Virus record (IMG/VR): IMGVR_UViG_3300037516_000265
Location: 1 to 34,052 of that record
Direction: 5' to 3' (one strand)
Source of the DNA: a virus
Taxonomy: Duplodnaviria; Caudoviricetes
DNA: 34,052 bases
Shown here: positions 32,975 through 34,052 of the stretch, in pieces
How positions within the stretch are numbered: position 1 is the stretch's first letter
Layout: the number at the start of each line of letters is the position of its first letter
The notes under the pieces: model-generated
The model's input: the letters and a program-made list of their open reading frames with translations, nothing else
What the model was told of the DNA's origin: nothing
The model's database searches: none
Program-made: the position numbers and the translations under genes

Positions 32975-34052
32975 TCTTGTAATAAATTAATTGTATTTGT
33001 AAAACTTGTGCCATCATTATTTAAGTTAACCGCATCAACAGGTATTACAACTCCAAAACCTTCTTCATTTACTATTCCCCATCCATCATCTGTTATTATA
33101 ACATCTATTGTACTTTCAGTCCACATCGGTTTAGGTGTATTCGTGTTTACAGGTGCAGTAACTCCAACAGATGTATTTGTAGTCGTACTAGCTGGTGATA
33201 TTATAGCACCTGGATAAGGAGTTGAAAAAATTGTGCTAATTACCCCATTTGGCTTCTTCCATGGGAATGTAATAGTCCCACCTGTACTTGGCACAACTAT
33301 CGTAGGCGTGATAGCGTCGTTAATCATTGGCCTGAAATCATTGATCAATGTCAAATTAACTTCCCCGCTTGTAATATCTGACTTAAGCTCGTTGATAATA
33401 TATCTTTTATCTCTAACTATTAACCTATCATTCAATCGTAATTTTGTAATCAATGACAAAGGGAAGTGAGCCTTTATTCTTATAAGTCTACATTTAGGAT
33501 CAAATAAGTTTTCTAGGTAACTACTATAATATAATGAGTATAAATTATTTACTAACGTATCATTAGGACTTTTAACATCTGTCTCAGGATGGAATGTAAG
33601 CGAATATAAATTACCATTTGATTCTAGTACATTGCTGAATATATTAAAGTAGCTATATGAAGTTTTTGTACTTCCATTATCTAAATATAAAGTAGCGTTT
33701 ATCCTTTCGTTAAAATATAAGAATACAGGCTTTGGAATATATGGTTTATAGTCTGGTTCTTTTGTTAAACAATATCCAACTTGAAAGTCTTTCTTGTCTA
33801 GATTGTTCATTAACAAGTTTTCAAAAGGCAACTCAACACTATAATCTATTCCTTCGTTTGATAACGTTTTATTAGTATCTGCATACTCTCGTTCCATGAT
33901 TCCGTTGTCGTAATACTTACGATTCATAAACGACTCTGACTTTTGATATTTGAAAGATAATTTCTTAAATACATTTGCCTTCTCAATATCTATAGAATCT
34001 ATATCCGTGTATTCTGTAATATCAAAAATATTACCTCCATTATACCACATAT
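32971..34052 (-). CDS. Large tail-tip/baseplate protein, 3' part (continuation of 1-1430)
   Basis: In frame across the circular junction; LRLNDRLIVRDKRYIINELKSDITSGEV; Thr/Pro-rich C-terminus. Confidence 0.8.
   Translation of the reverse strand, partial: MWYNGGNIFDITEYTDIDSIDIEKANVFKKLSFKYQKSESFMNRKYYDNGIMEREYADTNKTLSNEGIDYSVELPFENLLMNNLDKKDFQVGYCLTKEPDYKPYIPKPVFLYFNERINATLYLDNGSTKTSYSYFNIFSNVLESNGNLYSLTFHPETDVKSPNDTLVNNLYSLYYSSYLENLFDPKCRLIRIKAHFPLSLITKLRLNDRLIVRDKRYIINELKSDITSGEVNLTLINDFRPMINDAITPTIVVPSTGGTITFPWKKPNGVISTIFSTPYPGAIISPASTTTNTSVGVTAPVNTNTPKPMWTESTIDVIITDDGWGIVNEEGFGVVIPVDAVNLNNDGTSFTNTINLLQE
33926..34052. repeat. Terminal direct repeat identical to 1-127
   Basis: Exact identity by inspection. 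Confidence 0.97.

Noticed and set aside
33926-34052. 127-bp terminal repeat as a biological DTR or att site
   Set aside because: The length equals a common assembly k-mer and it lies mid-gene with the frame continuous across the junction
1-34052. Lysogeny module or alternative genetic code
   Set aside because: No integrase, ParA or divergent repressor pair; genes tile the genome under the standard code with TAA, TAG and TGA all used as stops

Overview
The window is a complete, circularly assembled ~33.9 kb tailed dsDNA phage genome. Bases 1-127 are identical to 33926-34052, which looks like a k=127 assembly overlap, so the unit length is 33,925 bp. All credible genes lie on the minus strand. 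A Bacteroidota (Flavobacteriaceae-like) host is inferred from TAnnTTTG-type promoters, AT-rich leaders without Shine-Dalgarno sites, a DUF3127-like SSB and a BT4734/VirE-N-type primase. Modules are: short early genes; replication/recombination (primase-helicase, SF2 helicase, VRR-NUC, YqaJ exonuclease, SSB); a phage ECF-like sigma factor; terminase; siphovirus-like morphogenesis genes in a non-canonical order; and lysis. No integrase, repressor, tRNA, CRISPR array or reverse transcriptase was seen. The most interesting signals are: (1) three promoter-linked structured RNA leaders, two with loop-loop kissing complementarity and one c4/CI-like, ahead of both NUMOD4-HNH-AP2 endonucleases and a secreted protein; (2) a 7-copy ACAAW-N13-AGTTA motif, four copies exactly 7 nt before an ATG, suggesting phage-sigma promoters for near-leaderless mRNAs; (3) a T4 gpT-like single-TM GAF-type holin candidate; (4) a -1 frameshift tail chaperone with ~200 nt coded in two frames; (5) a CAACAC iteron-like origin next to a Fur-box-like palindrome. 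All protein calls come from reading motifs by eye; no database search was run.
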